This document shows, piece after piece, positions 1 through 9,576 of a stretch of 64,000 nt of DNA. Below the pieces are notes generated by a model. That model had not been told where the DNA came from and ran no database searches. It saw nothing but the letters and a program-made list of their open reading frames with translations. The position numbers and the translations under genes were made by a program. The stretch is taken from the NCBI RefSeq assembly GCF_002087085.1, contig NZ_MWQY01000010.1:1-64000 (forward strand), read 5' to 3'. The number at the start of each line of letters is the position of its first letter. The first letter of the stretch is position 1.

Positions 1-1
1 C

Positions 2-115
2 TTTTTCTCACGGACTGCCCGGCTCTCTGTCAGTGACAGGCTGATCTGGCTTAAGGGGATCAGTACTCCGTTAAAACAGGCGGCGGACTACCTTCCGGCC
101 TATGCCTGGGCCTGA
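2..115 (+). CDS. Possible 3' end of a CDS entering from the left edge (unknown product)
   Basis: Frame from position 2 is open to TGA at 113-115 (FFSRTARLSVSDRLIWLKGISTPLKQAADYLPAYAWA*), convergent on the next gene. Confidence 0.35.
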   Translation, partial: FFSRTARLSVSDRLIWLKGISTPLKQAADYLPAYAWA

Positions 116-141
116 GGTATCCCCAGGGTTCGGGACACTGG

Positions 142-696
142 CTAATTTTTCTGCAGAGTCCTGGAGTGGATGTCAGCAGCGGCTGCATCTCCTGCCAGGC
201 GGGCAATAATCGCTTCAGAGAACTCCGCCGCCGTACCCGCTCCTCGGCTGGTAATTACGTTGCCGTCGATCACGACCCTCTCGGGACTGAAGTTCGCCCT
301 GGTCCACTCCTTCTCAAATCCTGGGAAGCAGGTAGCCTTTCTCGTATCCAGGATACCCAGGGGATAGAGCACCACAGCGGGGGCAGCGCAGATAGCGGCA
401 ATGAGACCGTCTTTCCTGTAAACATCTTCTATCAGCTTTACAGCCTTATCAGAAGCAGCTATGTTGGCGGCTCCCGGCATTCCACCCGGGATGATCAGGG
501 CATCTACTTCCTGACTGAAATCTTCCAGCTTTTTATCGGCGTGGACAATAATATTATGGCCGCCGGTAACCTGTAGACCGGTAACGCCAAGGGTGACGAG
601 ATCCAGGCCCGCGCGACGCAGAAAATCTATGGGGGTAACAGCCTCAACCTCTTCAAAACCGTCCGCCAGAAGAAGGGCAACTCTTTTATGTTCCAT
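142..696 (-). CDS. DJ-1/PfpI (YajL/ThiJ-like) glyoxalase/deglycase
   Basis: GFEEVE, LIIPGGMPG, AAICAAP (catalytic Cys), ITSRGAGTA motifs; GGAGG RBS. Confidence 0.92.
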   Translation of the reverse strand: MEHKRVALLLADGFEEVEAVTPIDFLRRAGLDLVTLGVTGLQVTGGHNIIVHADKKLEDFSQEVDALIIPGGMPGAANIAASDKAVKLIEDVYRKDGLIAAICAAPAVVLYPLGILDTRKATCFPGFEKEWTRANFSPERVVIDGNVITSRGAGTAAEFSEAIIARLAGDAAAADIHSRTLQKN

Positions 697-761
697 GTCG
701 TATCCTCCATTTTTGTTGTTGTCTACTCTGGAAAATACAAATAAAACCGGTCAGGCTCAAA

Positions 762-1832
762 TCAAATGATCCCGGAAAGGGCCTCGTGGGTTTCCAGGAG
801 CATCCGTTCAGTGGCGTCCCAGCCGATACAGGCATCGGTTATGGAAACTCCGTAAATAAGCTCTGCGGGATTGCTGCCGATGGACTGGCTGCCCTCAAAG
901 AGATTGCTTTCCAGCATAAAGCCGACGACTTCGTTCAGACCCCTCCGGCGGTAGTCGGTCAGGGCCCGCAGAACCCTCTCCTGCTTGAAGGGATCTTTTC
1001 CGGAATTCATGTGGCTGCAATCGATCATAACAGCCGGATCTATCCCGCTGCCGGCGAGCATCTCCCGGGCCTCCTCCACATTCTCCTCGTAGTAATTGGG
1101 GGCGTCCCTGCCGCCCCGGAGAATTATGTGGTTATTGGGATTGCCCGTTGTGTGCAGAACACAGGTATTGCCTGCCTGGTCTATACCGATAAAACTCTGG
1201 GGATGCCGGGAAGCCTCCATGGCGTCCACTGCAAGCTTGAGATTACCGGAGGTACCGTTCTTGAAACCCACGGGCATTGAAAGACCGGAAGCCATCTGGC
1301 GGTGGGTCTGGCTCTCGGTAGTTCGCGCCCCGATTGCCGCCCAGGAAATCAGGTCGGCGATATACTGTGGGATGATCGGTTCGAGGATCTCAGACCCCAC
1401 TGGCATACCCATCTCCGTGATTTCCAGCAGGATCTGCCGGGCCTGCTTGAGTCCCTTTTCGATCTTGTAGCTTCCGTCCAGGTCGGGGTCCGTAATGAGT
1501 CCCCGCCACCCCAGCACCGTCCTGGGCTTTTCAAAATAGACCCGCATTAAAAGAAGCATACTGTCCTTTACCTTTTCCTGCAGGCCCTTCAGTCGCTCCG
1601 CGTAATCCAGGGCAACCTTTCGGCTGTGAATTGAGCAGGGACCGATGATACCGAGAAGCCGCCTGTCTTTTCCCTTCAGGATATCGACGACCTGTTTTCG
1701 GCCCGTGAAAACCGTTTCGTTGCTGGCGGGAGTAACCGGATACAACTCTTTAAGGGCTGCCGGTGAAAAGAGGGGATGGGCTTTACGTATGTGAATATCG
1801 GATAATGGATGCAGGGGACTGGCTCCAGCCAT
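762..1832 (-). CDS. 3-deoxy-7-phosphoheptulonate (DAHP) synthase, class I alpha
   Basis: GPCSIH, RVYFEKPRT, IGARTTESQTHR, GFKNGT, IDCSHMNS, GVSITDACIGW motifs. Confidence 0.95.
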   Translation of the reverse strand: MAGASPLHPLSDIHIRKAHPLFSPAALKELYPVTPASNETVFTGRKQVVDILKGKDRRLLGIIGPCSIHSRKVALDYAERLKGLQEKVKDSMLLLMRVYFEKPRTVLGWRGLITDPDLDGSYKIEKGLKQARQILLEITEMGMPVGSEILEPIIPQYIADLISWAAIGARTTESQTHRQMASGLSMPVGFKNGTSGNLKLAVDAMEASRHPQSFIGIDQAGNTCVLHTTGNPNNHIILRGGRDAPNYYEENVEEAREMLAGSGIDPAVMIDCSHMNSGKDPFKQERVLRALTDYRRRGLNEVVGFMLESNLFEGSQSIGSNPAELIYGVSITDACIGWDATERMLLETHEALSGII

Positions 1833-1952
1833 GGTTATTCCTTTCCTTGTGTTCTTATTGACAGGTACGTGGCATGGAGTATACCTGTTTTAGTATGGTA
1901 AATACAAGCATCCCGATTGCACAAGGCCGGGTCTATGGTTTACAAAAGGTAC

Positions 1953-3236
1953 ATGAGCCGATTTCTGCTGCCCCTTGCAGCCGTCCTACTCCTGTTTAGC
2001 TCCTGCACAGGTCTGCAGGAATCCACCGCCTCAGCTTCATACCCGATACGGGAGAAGCAGGAAAAGCCTGCACCCTCAGGGGAAGCAGACAGCGCGGCGG
2101 ATCAGAAAGGGGTTGCAGTAAAGCCGGAACTACCGGCAACCGCTGAAGATGAAAAGAAGCCCGAATCAGCGCCGGACCCGTTGGCTGCATACCTTGACCG
2201 GATGGACATAAAGCGACAGATCGGCCAGCTTTTTCTGGTGGAAGTACGGCACCCGGAAACCGGACAGCTCATCACAAGGATGAACGAAGCCTTCCGGGAA
2301 TGGGCCGCGGATCTTCAGCCCGGGGGATACATCCTTTTCGCCGATAATCTGAGAAATCCCCAGCAGACCAGAGAGCTGATTGCAGATCTCCAAAGCCTGA
2401 CGACTATTCCTCCCTTCATCGCCCTGGATGAGGAGGGAGGTGTGGTCAGTCGGCTCACCGCAGTTCCCGCCATGGGCGGGATCCCGGTACCATCTGCCCG
2501 GGTCATCGGTGCCTCAGGATACACAGCAAAAGCCCGGGAAGCTGCCAGAACCATTGCGAAACAACTCAAGGACCTGGGCTTCTCCGTAAACTTTGCGCCG
2601 GTGGCGGATATTCACATTCCCGGAACCGGCGGTACCATGGGTGAAAGGAGTTACGGGACCGAAGCGCAGCTGGTTTCACGGATGGCGTGCGCCTTTTCCA
2701 AAACTCTGGAAGACGAGGGAATACTCTCGGTGGCCAAACACTTTCCCGGTCACGGTGCAGCCTACGGTGATTCCCATACAGAGAAAACCGTGCTGGACGC
2801 CTCCCGGGAGATTCTGACCCGGCGGGAGATGCTTCCCTTTTCAGCACTAATAAAGCAGGGAATCGGCGGTATCATGACCGGGCACATTATCGTGCCTTCC
2901 CTCGATAATTCCGGAAAGCCTGCCAGTCTTTCCGGAATTATCAGCAGGAATCTTCTCAGGGATGAGATGGATTATAATGGACTCGTTTTTACAGACAGTC
3001 TGAGGATGGGCGGAGTTACCGCTTTTTATAATGCTGTCGAACTGCCGCTCCTGGCTTTTGAAGCCGGAGCGGATATCCTGCTGATGCCTGTAGCGGCGCT
3101 GGAATCCCGGCAAAGACTCCTGGAAGCCCTGGAGACAGGAAGAATCCCGCAGCAGAGGCTCAGGGAATCCCTCAATCGAATAGCCCTGGCCAAAAGAAAA
3201 TTCCTGTCTCCCGACGATATTACTCCATCCCCCTAA
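1953..3236 (+). CDS. GH3 beta-N-acetylhexosaminidase (NagZ-like) lipoprotein
   Basis: Lipobox LLFSSC after ATG 1953; DEEGGVV, NFAPVAD, KHFPGHG-x4-DSH, FTDSLRM motifs. Confidence 0.88.
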   Translation: MSRFLLPLAAVLLLFSSCTGLQESTASASYPIREKQEKPAPSGEADSAADQKGVAVKPELPATAEDEKKPESAPDPLAAYLDRMDIKRQIGQLFLVEVRHPETGQLITRMNEAFREWAADLQPGGYILFADNLRNPQQTRELIADLQSLTTIPPFIALDEEGGVVSRLTAVPAMGGIPVPSARVIGASGYTAKAREAARTIAKQLKDLGFSVNFAPVADIHIPGTGGTMGERSYGTEAQLVSRMACAFSKTLEDEGILSVAKHFPGHGAAYGDSHTEKTVLDASREILTRREMLPFSALIKQGIGGIMTGHIIVPSLDNSGKPASLSGIISRNLLRDEMDYNGLVFTDSLRMGGVTAFYNAVELPLLAFEAGADILLMPVAALESRQRLLEALETGRIPQQRLRESLNRIALAKRKFLSPDDITPSP

Positions 3237-4954
3237 GTACCGCCCTGGTCTTTTCCCTGGTCGGAATCATCATTTCCATGCCGGTGGAGGGCATCGTAGA
3301 GAAAGCGTTTTATTTTCTGAGTCGGCGTCTTCTCGAAAGGATCCTTCTGCTCGATAAACTTCCCGATCCTGGAGAAGCTGCTCAGGCGCGCATTCACCGA
3401 CTTTCGCAGTTCGTTCAGATACTCCCCTATCTCCCGGGGAACATCAGCGGCGGATTCGGCCATGTTGTGGAGATGCTCCTTGAAGGCGTCGTAATTAATA
3501 TGTATCCGTGCGCTCAGCTCGCCCTGGTCCTGAAACACCAGGGAGTCCTCTACGAAATCAAAGCTGTTGATAATGGACTCTATGGCCTCGGGATAGATGT
3601 TCTCGCCGCTGGGTCCCAGGATCATGTTCTTCATGCGTCCCTTTATGTACAGACGACCCTCTGCATCGAAGACCCCTAAATCCCCGGTGTGAAACCAGCC
3701 ATCCCCGTCGATTACCTCAGCGGTTCGTTTCGGATCCTTGTAATAGCCCTGCATTACGATGGGGCCCCGTACAAGGATCTCCCCCTCCCCGTTTTCCGCA
3801 TTTGGTTCTGAGATTTTAACCTCGATACCCTCGATGGGTTTACCCGTTGAGCGGGCCTTCATGTTCGGATTGTCAGCCCCGGCAATAAGGGGTGAAGTTT
3901 CCGTCAGGCCGTAGCCGATGGCATAGGGGAATCTGGCTTCGATCAGAAAATCCTCTACCTCCGGAGCAAGAGCTGCACCGCCGATACCGAAGAAATAGAG
4001 GCGTCCTCCAAAGGCCTTCCTGAGTTTCTTGCCCGCCAGCCGGTTCAGGATTATACGTCCCGGAGTTGTCCCGTGGAGACGCCGCAGCAGTGGACTCTTC
4101 CTGAAGGAGGGCAGTACACTTTGACGGTAAAGCTTCTCAATGAGCAGGGGAACCGAGAGAATCAGGTGGGGACGTACTTTTTTAAGGGCCGGCATCAGAA
4201 CCGTAGCCGACGGCGGCCGCCGCAGATAGTAAACCGCACAGCCCATAAAAAGAGGGATAATAAAACCGATGGTGCACTCATAGGTATGCGCAAGAGGAAG
4301 GATGGAGAGCATCGACTCCCCTGCCTGTATGCCGGGTATTACGCTTGTCTTTTCAGCATCAAAAATGATGTTGCGGTTTGTGAGCACCACCCCCTTGGAG
4401 TGGCCCGTCGTTCCGGAGGTATAGATAATGACTGCCGGATCATCGGGATTTCCGGTGTAGCTGAAACCCGCTTCCGGCAGAAAATCTTCTCGAGAAAGAG
4501 CCTCTGCCGCGGCGATGGATTCGCCTTCCAGGGAGCCAAGGGGCGCAAAAGAGTCTATCAGATAGAGACCCGTGTCCGGGCCACAGACGTCCGCAGCTTC
4601 CAGTTTGGGAACCATACGCTTTGAAATAAAACAGGCTTTGATCTCTGCATGTGTAAAAATGGCAGACACATCCTGAGGCGGAAAATCCGGCAGAACCGGG
4701 ACAACGATCCCTCCAGCGCGGTTTATGGCCATATAGGCAATTCCCCAGTTCGGCATATTTTCGCTCAGAAGTCCTATCCGGTCTCCGGGAGCTATTCCGT
4801 CCGAGACCAGCCGGGCGGCAAGCCGGTCCACCAGATCCGTACATTCCGAATAGCTGAGGGGCTCTTCCCCGGCAAAGCCGAGGGCGGGATAATCCGGGTA
4901 GGCCGCAGCCGTGTTGAAGAGCACATGGTTGAGCATATTCGCGTGTGTGTTCAT
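3233..4954 (-). CDS. Long-chain fatty acid--CoA ligase (AMP-binding)
   Basis: IIYTSGTTGHSKG, GYGLTE, WFHTGD, GRMKN motifs; start moved to ATG 4954 (AGGAGAAGG RBS, removes overlap with upstream gene). Confidence 0.92.
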   Translation of the reverse strand: MNTHANMLNHVLFNTAAAYPDYPALGFAGEEPLSYSECTDLVDRLAARLVSDGIAPGDRIGLLSENMPNWGIAYMAINRAGGIVVPVLPDFPPQDVSAIFTHAEIKACFISKRMVPKLEAADVCGPDTGLYLIDSFAPLGSLEGESIAAAEALSREDFLPEAGFSYTGNPDDPAVIIYTSGTTGHSKGVVLTNRNIIFDAEKTSVIPGIQAGESMLSILPLAHTYECTIGFIIPLFMGCAVYYLRRPPSATVLMPALKKVRPHLILSVPLLIEKLYRQSVLPSFRKSPLLRRLHGTTPGRIILNRLAGKKLRKAFGGRLYFFGIGGAALAPEVEDFLIEARFPYAIGYGLTETSPLIAGADNPNMKARSTGKPIEGIEVKISEPNAENGEGEILVRGPIVMQGYYKDPKRTAEVIDGDGWFHTGDLGVFDAEGRLYIKGRMKNMILGPSGENIYPEAIESIINSFDFVEDSLVFQDQGELSARIHINYDAFKEHLHNMAESAADVPREIGEYLNELRKSVNARLSSFSRIGKFIEQKDPFEKTPTQKIKRFLYDALHRHGNDDSDQGKDQGGT

Positions 4955-4962
4955 ACCTTCTC

Positions 4963-5769
4963 CTAGAGGCTTATCGTCATTTTCAGCCCGGGGACAAAGT
5001 CCCCGGTACAAAGCTCTCCCCGGTCCAGAACGCGGCAGTCCATATCCGCAGCCCGCGAAGAGGCTATACTCTCCCGGACTTTTTCCGGAGTATTGTTGTT
5101 GTGGGACAGGTGACACATAAAGACCCTGTCCGGCTTCCTTCTATTCTCGCTGATCTCGGATAGAAAATCCACTGCCTGCTGATTGGACAGGTGACCCCAT
5201 TTTGACGCGATGCGCCGTTTCAGGCTCGCCGGATAGGGTCCGCTTGACAGCATCTCGGGATCGTAATTGGCTTCAAGAAAGAGGACCCGGCTGGTGGATA
5301 CCAGGTGGAACATTTCGTCGGAGAGCTCCCCGGTATCCGTAAGAACAGTAAAGCGCTCTCCCTGAATGGAAAAACTGTAGGCCACAGGACGATCTACGTC
5401 ATGAAAGGTGGAGAAAGGAAGGCAGCTGCACCAGGAAAAACTGTGCTCCTTTCCCGGTTGCATTGTGTATAGGCCCGGCAGTTTTCCAACGGAATCAGGC
5501 AGGGTCAGACCGGAGGCGGTAAACATTGGTATCTTGAGTCTTCTGCACAGGGCCCCCGCCCCTTTCATATGGTCGCCATGGGTGTGGGTCAGGAAGAGTC
5601 CATCCACGGAATCAGGAGAAATCCCGGCCCGGTCCATCCGCGCCAGGGCCTCCCTGACGCTGAAGCCGTTGTCCACAATTACGGACCGTCCCCGGCAGGA
5701 AAAAACGTAGGCATTAGCAGAAGAGCCGCTGCCGAGAACGGCATAGCGGACCGCGTTTTTTTCCGTCAA
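4963..5769 (-). CDS. MBL-fold metallo-hydrolase (YycJ/WalJ/PhnP-like)
   Basis: LGSGSSAN, THTHGDH, HD, TDTG, EANYD, GHLSN, HLS motifs. Confidence 0.88.
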   Translation of the reverse strand: MTEKNAVRYAVLGSGSSANAYVFSCRGRSVIVDNGFSVREALARMDRAGISPDSVDGLFLTHTHGDHMKGAGALCRRLKIPMFTASGLTLPDSVGKLPGLYTMQPGKEHSFSWCSCLPFSTFHDVDRPVAYSFSIQGERFTVLTDTGELSDEMFHLVSTSRVLFLEANYDPEMLSSGPYPASLKRRIASKWGHLSNQQAVDFLSEISENRRKPDRVFMCHLSHNNNTPEKVRESIASSRAADMDCRVLDRGELCTGDFVPGLKMTISL

Positions 5770-6110
5770 CGTTCTTGCTCGATCCAGGCCTGCCAGGTTT
5801 CCAGGGCAAGGCCGATGGTTGCGTCTTTTCCGTTCCGGACAACCGGCGTTTTTAAAAGCAGTGGGTTCTCAAGAACTTCTTCTTCGGGATCAAATTCCAT
5901 ATAAGCCATTCCCTTGTCCTTGTAAGCCCTGCTCTCGGGATCGACAAGATTATCCCGCCCAACAGCCCGGGCAATATTCGATAGCTCCCCGGGGGAGATG
6001 CCCTTCTCCCTGAGGTCTACCTGATGGGGAGTAATACCCCGTTCCTTGAAAAACCTGACCGCCTTCTGGGTGTTCTTGCACTTCTTTGTGCCGAATATCT
6101 GAATTGTCAT
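5766..6110 (-). CDS. ArsC/Spx-family (YffB-like) protein
   Basis: IQIFGTKKCKNTQKA and LLKTPVVR motifs, 114 aa. Confidence 0.85.
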   Translation of the reverse strand: MTIQIFGTKKCKNTQKAVRFFKERGITPHQVDLREKGISPGELSNIARAVGRDNLVDPESRAYKDKGMAYMEFDPEEEVLENPLLLKTPVVRNGKDATIGLALETWQAWIEQER

Positions 6111-6142
6111 ACAGCTGTATCCTCTATATAAGGATTAGGGAG

Positions 6143-6171
6143 AGAATATCAGTCTGTGAAGGGGATTACAA
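6143..6171 (-). promoter_or_regulatory. Putative sigma70 promoter for the ArsC-MBL-ligase operon
   Basis: Minus strand TTGTAA-17 nt-TATTCT about 30 nt upstream of ATG 6110. Confidence 0.5.
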
Positions 6172-6409
6172 GGCGCCAAAGGAAGACTAGTCCTTCTTCC
6201 AGGACCGTTCCGGCAGCTTCATGACCTAGAATCATTGGCTCCCGGACAACAAAGGGTCCGATTTTACCGTGCTGGTAGTAGTGAATATCGCTTCCGCAGA
6301 TACCCACCGCCCCGACGGCGATTCGGACATCCCGTGGACCCAGTTCTTCCTGTATGTCCACGTCCTGAAGGGAAATTTCACCCTTCTTTTGTAAAACCAG
6401 CGCCTTCAT
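6149..6409 (-). pseudogene. Truncated Zn-dependent polyol (sorbitol/xylitol) dehydrogenase, N-terminal ~73 aa only
   Basis: MKALVL...[13 protein letters not shown]...[12 protein letters not shown] then similarity stops and an early stop follows; good GGAGG RBS; family normally about 340 aa. Confidence 0.85.
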
Positions 6410-6422
6410 GGTCTCCTCCCTC

Positions 6423-7724
6423 TTATTTTTCTCCCCTGGCCAGGGCTACATGGCTGTCCGCCATCTCATATCCCGCCGCCTGGGCACAGGCAGTGTTCAG
6501 GTCCAGGGCGGCAACGGCGGTGCAGCAGATCTCCGCCAGGCGCTTTACATTTTCGTTATCATCAGGACTGGTGCCGATTTCTCCACAGCCGAGAAGCTTG
6601 AGGGCCTCCCGGGCAGTACCGAAGTTTGTCCCTCCGCCGATGGTCGCGATCTCCAGGGAGGGCATGGAAACCATGAAGTGGAGTCCCCCCTCCACGGCGT
6701 CGGCCTGGACAAAGGCGGCGGAGCTCGAGACGACATGGGCCATGTCCTGGCCGGTGGCGGCGAAAAACGCAGCCAGCGCATTGGCGGCGTTTACATTGAA
6801 ACCGCTTATGGTTCCGCTCAAGGTGGAGCCCAGATAACACTTATGAAAAACCACCCGCTCAACACTCCTGCTGGTCACCCCTTTCTTGAAAACCTTCTGG
6901 AGGACCTCTTCGGGAACAAAGACCTCGGCATGAACGCTTTTTCCCCGGCCCTGCAGTATGTTGATATGGGAAGCCTTTTTATCGGTACACAGGTTGCTGG
7001 ATATGGTTATGAGCTTCCAGCCCTCCAGATCCTTCAGAATCCTCCGGGCGATATCGGCGGAGGCCTTGGTAACGCCGTTCATTCCCATGGCATCGCCGGT
7101 CTTGCAGACCATCCTGAGGAAGACTTTTGTTCCCAGCTGATAGGGTTCGATATATTCCAGGCGGACGAAGGGGTCTTTAATCTCCTTGTTCAGCTCCTGT
7201 ATCAGATCCCTGTCCTCCTGGACACGGATACAGAATTTTTTGGCGGCGTCGATATCGGGGGCCTCCAGGAGGGGCGCCCTGCTCATTCCGTCAAAGGTCA
7301 CCTGGGTACGGATTCCCCCCGACATGTTTATGGCCTTGACACCCCGCTGCACTCCGGCGACAAGAGCAGCTTCGTTGGTTGCCAGGGGAAGGTAGTATTC
7401 GCCTTTTGCATACTCCCCGCTGATTTTAACCGGTCCGGCCAGTCCCATGGGTATCAGGGCGGCCCCGACCTTCATTTCAATTCCCGTAAGAAGGTGCCCC
7501 TCCGAGAGTCCGGAGTTATCCAGCCTCGAGTTTTTAATCAGATCGAGGCTGACGCCGGTGCTTTCTTCCGCGACGGAGCAGCGAATCCGGGCTGCATCAT
7601 GACAGGCATCCTGAAGACGGGATGCATCGGAATCATATACCTCGTTAAATATCATTGTCTCCAGATGCTGCTGCTTTATTTCACCTTCAGCAAACCTGTC
7701 CTTTATTTCTTTGAGCTTGTCCAC
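6423..7724 (-). CDS. hmgA: 3-hydroxy-3-methylglutaryl-CoA reductase, class I (archaeal-type)
   Basis: [14 protein letters not shown] (catalytic Glu), [20 protein letters not shown] (catalytic Lys), TGQD (Asp), IGGGT, C-terminal His; AGGAGG RBS before GTG. Confidence 0.92.
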   Translation of the reverse strand: MDKLKEIKDRFAEGEIKQQHLETMIFNEVYDSDASRLQDACHDAARIRCSVAEESTGVSLDLIKNSRLDNSGLSEGHLLTGIEMKVGAALIPMGLAGPVKISGEYAKGEYYLPLATNEAALVAGVQRGVKAINMSGGIRTQVTFDGMSRAPLLEAPDIDAAKKFCIRVQEDRDLIQELNKEIKDPFVRLEYIEPYQLGTKVFLRMVCKTGDAMGMNGVTKASADIARRILKDLEGWKLITISSNLCTDKKASHINILQGRGKSVHAEVFVPEEVLQKVFKKGVTSRSVERVVFHKCYLGSTLSGTISGFNVNAANALAAFFAATGQDMAHVVSSSAAFVQADAVEGGLHFMVSMPSLEIATIGGGTNFGTAREALKLLGCGEIGTSPDDNENVKRLAEICCTAVAALDLNTACAQAAGYEMADSHVALARGEK

Positions 7725-7737
7725 CCTTTACCTCCTT

Positions 7738-8628
7738 TTAAGCCGTGTGTTCGTAGGCACTCAATCCTTTTGCAAAGTCTCCGGCCTTCGTAATTTTCTC
7801 AAGATCTATACCGGTTTCAAGCCCCAGACGGTGCAGCATGTCCACCAGGGTTTCGGTAGCTATGTTTCCCGTAGCCCCCGGCGCATAGGGGCAGCCCCCG
7901 AGTCCCCCGGCGGCGGAGTCGATTACATCGATACCTGCCTGGAGGGAGACGAGCACATTGGCAAACTCGATCCCCGAAGCCCGATGAAAATGGGCCGCAA
8001 GGCTCGCTTTTTTAAGCTGTTCCCGGACCCTGCTGCCCACCTCGTAGGCAGAAACCGGCCCGGCCATCCCGGTGGTGTCCCCCAGGGATATCTCGTAGGA
8101 GCCGTACTCCTCCAGCTTCTTCGCGATATCAACAACCTTTTCTACCGGTATTGCCCCCTCCATGGGGCATCCGTAGGCGGTCCCGATGTATGATCTGACA
8201 CGTACCCCGTGGGAGGCGGCGTATTCATTTATCCTCTTCATCTCTTCCAGGGATTCTGCGACACTCATGTTCAGGTTCTTGGTATTGTGACTCTCGCTGG
8301 AACTCATGATGGTAACGACTTCCTTCAAACCGGCGTCAACAGCGCGTTCCAGTCCCTTGAAATTGGGGATCAGGGCGTTGTAGGTGATTCCCTCCCGCCG
8401 ACTTATTCCATTCAGTACATCCACGGCATCCGCCATCTGGGGGACCCACCGGGGATGTACAAAACTTGTTACCTCGATGCGGCGGCACCCCGCGTCCTGC
8501 AGCATCTCCACAAGCCTGATCTTGTCGCCGGTGGCAATAAAATCCGGTTCATTCTGCAGACCGTCCCTGGGACCCACCTCAAAGATGCTTACCTTTTTAA
8601 AATCAATATGGAGATCCGACAATCCCAT
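7738..8628 (-). CDS. Hydroxymethylglutaryl-CoA lyase
   Basis: EVGPRDGLQNE, TSFVHPRWVPQMAD, EISLGDTTG, HFH, GLGGCPYAPGATGNIATE motifs. Confidence 0.92.
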   Translation of the reverse strand: MGLSDLHIDFKKVSIFEVGPRDGLQNEPDFIATGDKIRLVEMLQDAGCRRIEVTSFVHPRWVPQMADAVDVLNGISRREGITYNALIPNFKGLERAVDAGLKEVVTIMSSSESHNTKNLNMSVAESLEEMKRINEYAASHGVRVRSYIGTAYGCPMEGAIPVEKVVDIAKKLEEYGSYEISLGDTTGMAGPVSAYEVGSRVREQLKKASLAAHFHRASGIEFANVLVSLQAGIDVIDSAAGGLGGCPYAPGATGNIATETLVDMLHRLGLETGIDLEKITKAGDFAKGLSAYEHTA

Positions 8629-8706
8629 CTAAATCCTCCCTGTTGTAAGGCATTCTAAAACTGCCCTTCTTCAGAATGCTACTATCATTATCCTGCTGAC
8701 GCAATT

Positions 8707-8805
8707 CTATAATGTAAAACCGCCGTCGATTGTCAGAGTCTGGCCGGTTACAAATCCTGCAGAACACAGAAGATCGATAATCACTTCGGCCACATCCCGA
8801 CGGGC
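8707..8805 (-). pseudogene. C-terminal remnant of a short-chain dehydrogenase/reductase (SDR)
   Basis: Manual translation ARRDVAEVIIDLLCSAGFVTGQTLTIDGGFTL* matches the classical SDR C-terminus (FVTGQxxxxDGG); no start, begins about 10 nt after the GntR stop. Confidence 0.8.
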
Positions 8806-8815
8806 TTTAAACCAA

Positions 8816-9463
8816 TCAGATCATACTATCGCTATGATAGATGTGTTCCCGCATAACCTCTTCCGCAATAAGAGGATCTCTGGTTCGCAGTGCATCGATC
8901 AGGCAGTGGTGATTGTCCTTGGGAATCTGATTCTTATGTTCCGTCGCACTGTACTGGGCGCGCTGCAGCAGCCTGAACAGGTTTATTCGGTGGAGTGAAT
9001 CGATAAGAGACTGATGCCCGGTTTTTCTGGCCATGATCATGTGCATCTCGAAGTGGAGTTCCCAGAACTCCTCTCCCTCGGTATCCCCTGCCTGCTCCAT
9101 GGCGTCCAGCTTATTCGCCAGCTTTTCCAGGTCGGCGATTTCATCTTCCGTGAGGGTGCGTGTAATGATACGCATAACCTGACATTCGATGGCCTCCCTG
9201 AGGGCATACCAGTCCCTGACTTTCTCCTTGGTGATCGGAACAACCCTGGAACCGCGGTAGGGAATGGACTCTACGATGCCGAGGGCCTCGAGGCGCAGCA
9301 GGGCTTCCATTACCGGAATCGTGCTGACCCCTGTCTTTTCAGCGAGCTTGCGACGTATAAGTTTTTCTCCGGGTTTCAGCTGTCCGGTAAGAATCATGTC
9401 AAAAATCTTTTCATAGGCCTTGTCAGAAGAACTCCGAAAATCGTCCTCAACTTCTATAAGCAT
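8816..9463 (-). CDS. GntR/FadR-family (FCD domain) transcriptional regulator
   Basis: N-terminal wHTH (LKPGEKL...LAEKTGVSTIPVMEAL) and FCD with FxxLHFEMH, H...MREHI. Confidence 0.92.
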   Translation of the reverse strand: MLIEVEDDFRSSSDKAYEKIFDMILTGQLKPGEKLIRRKLAEKTGVSTIPVMEALLRLEALGIVESIPYRGSRVVPITKEKVRDWYALREAIECQVMRIITRTLTEDEIADLEKLANKLDAMEQAGDTEGEEFWELHFEMHMIMARKTGHQSLIDSLHRINLFRLLQRAQYSATEHKNQIPKDNHHCLIDALRTRDPLIAEEVMREHIYHSDSMI

Positions 9464-9576
9464 CGCATTGCTCCATCGGAAATCTGGTAAATCCGTATCC
9501 GTAAATCTACGATAAATAATATATCAGATATACCATAGATTTTACAAGTTTTTTTTATCCGGAAGAACAAACAATG

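Noticed and set aside
4955..5116. N-terminal extension of the acyl-CoA ligase ORF; similar over-long ORF starts at 14000, 24047, 25042, 29871, 31506, 45169 and 51489
   Set aside because: Extensions overlap neighbouring real genes; downstream starts with RBS and family-typical N-termini exist
6408..7793. 461-aa plus-strand ORF, and similar long antisense ORFs (19572-20777, 21170-22471, 28077-29261, 36939-37910, 59972-61399)
   Set aside because: Shadow frames opposite well-supported genes in GC-rich DNA; no recognisable motifs
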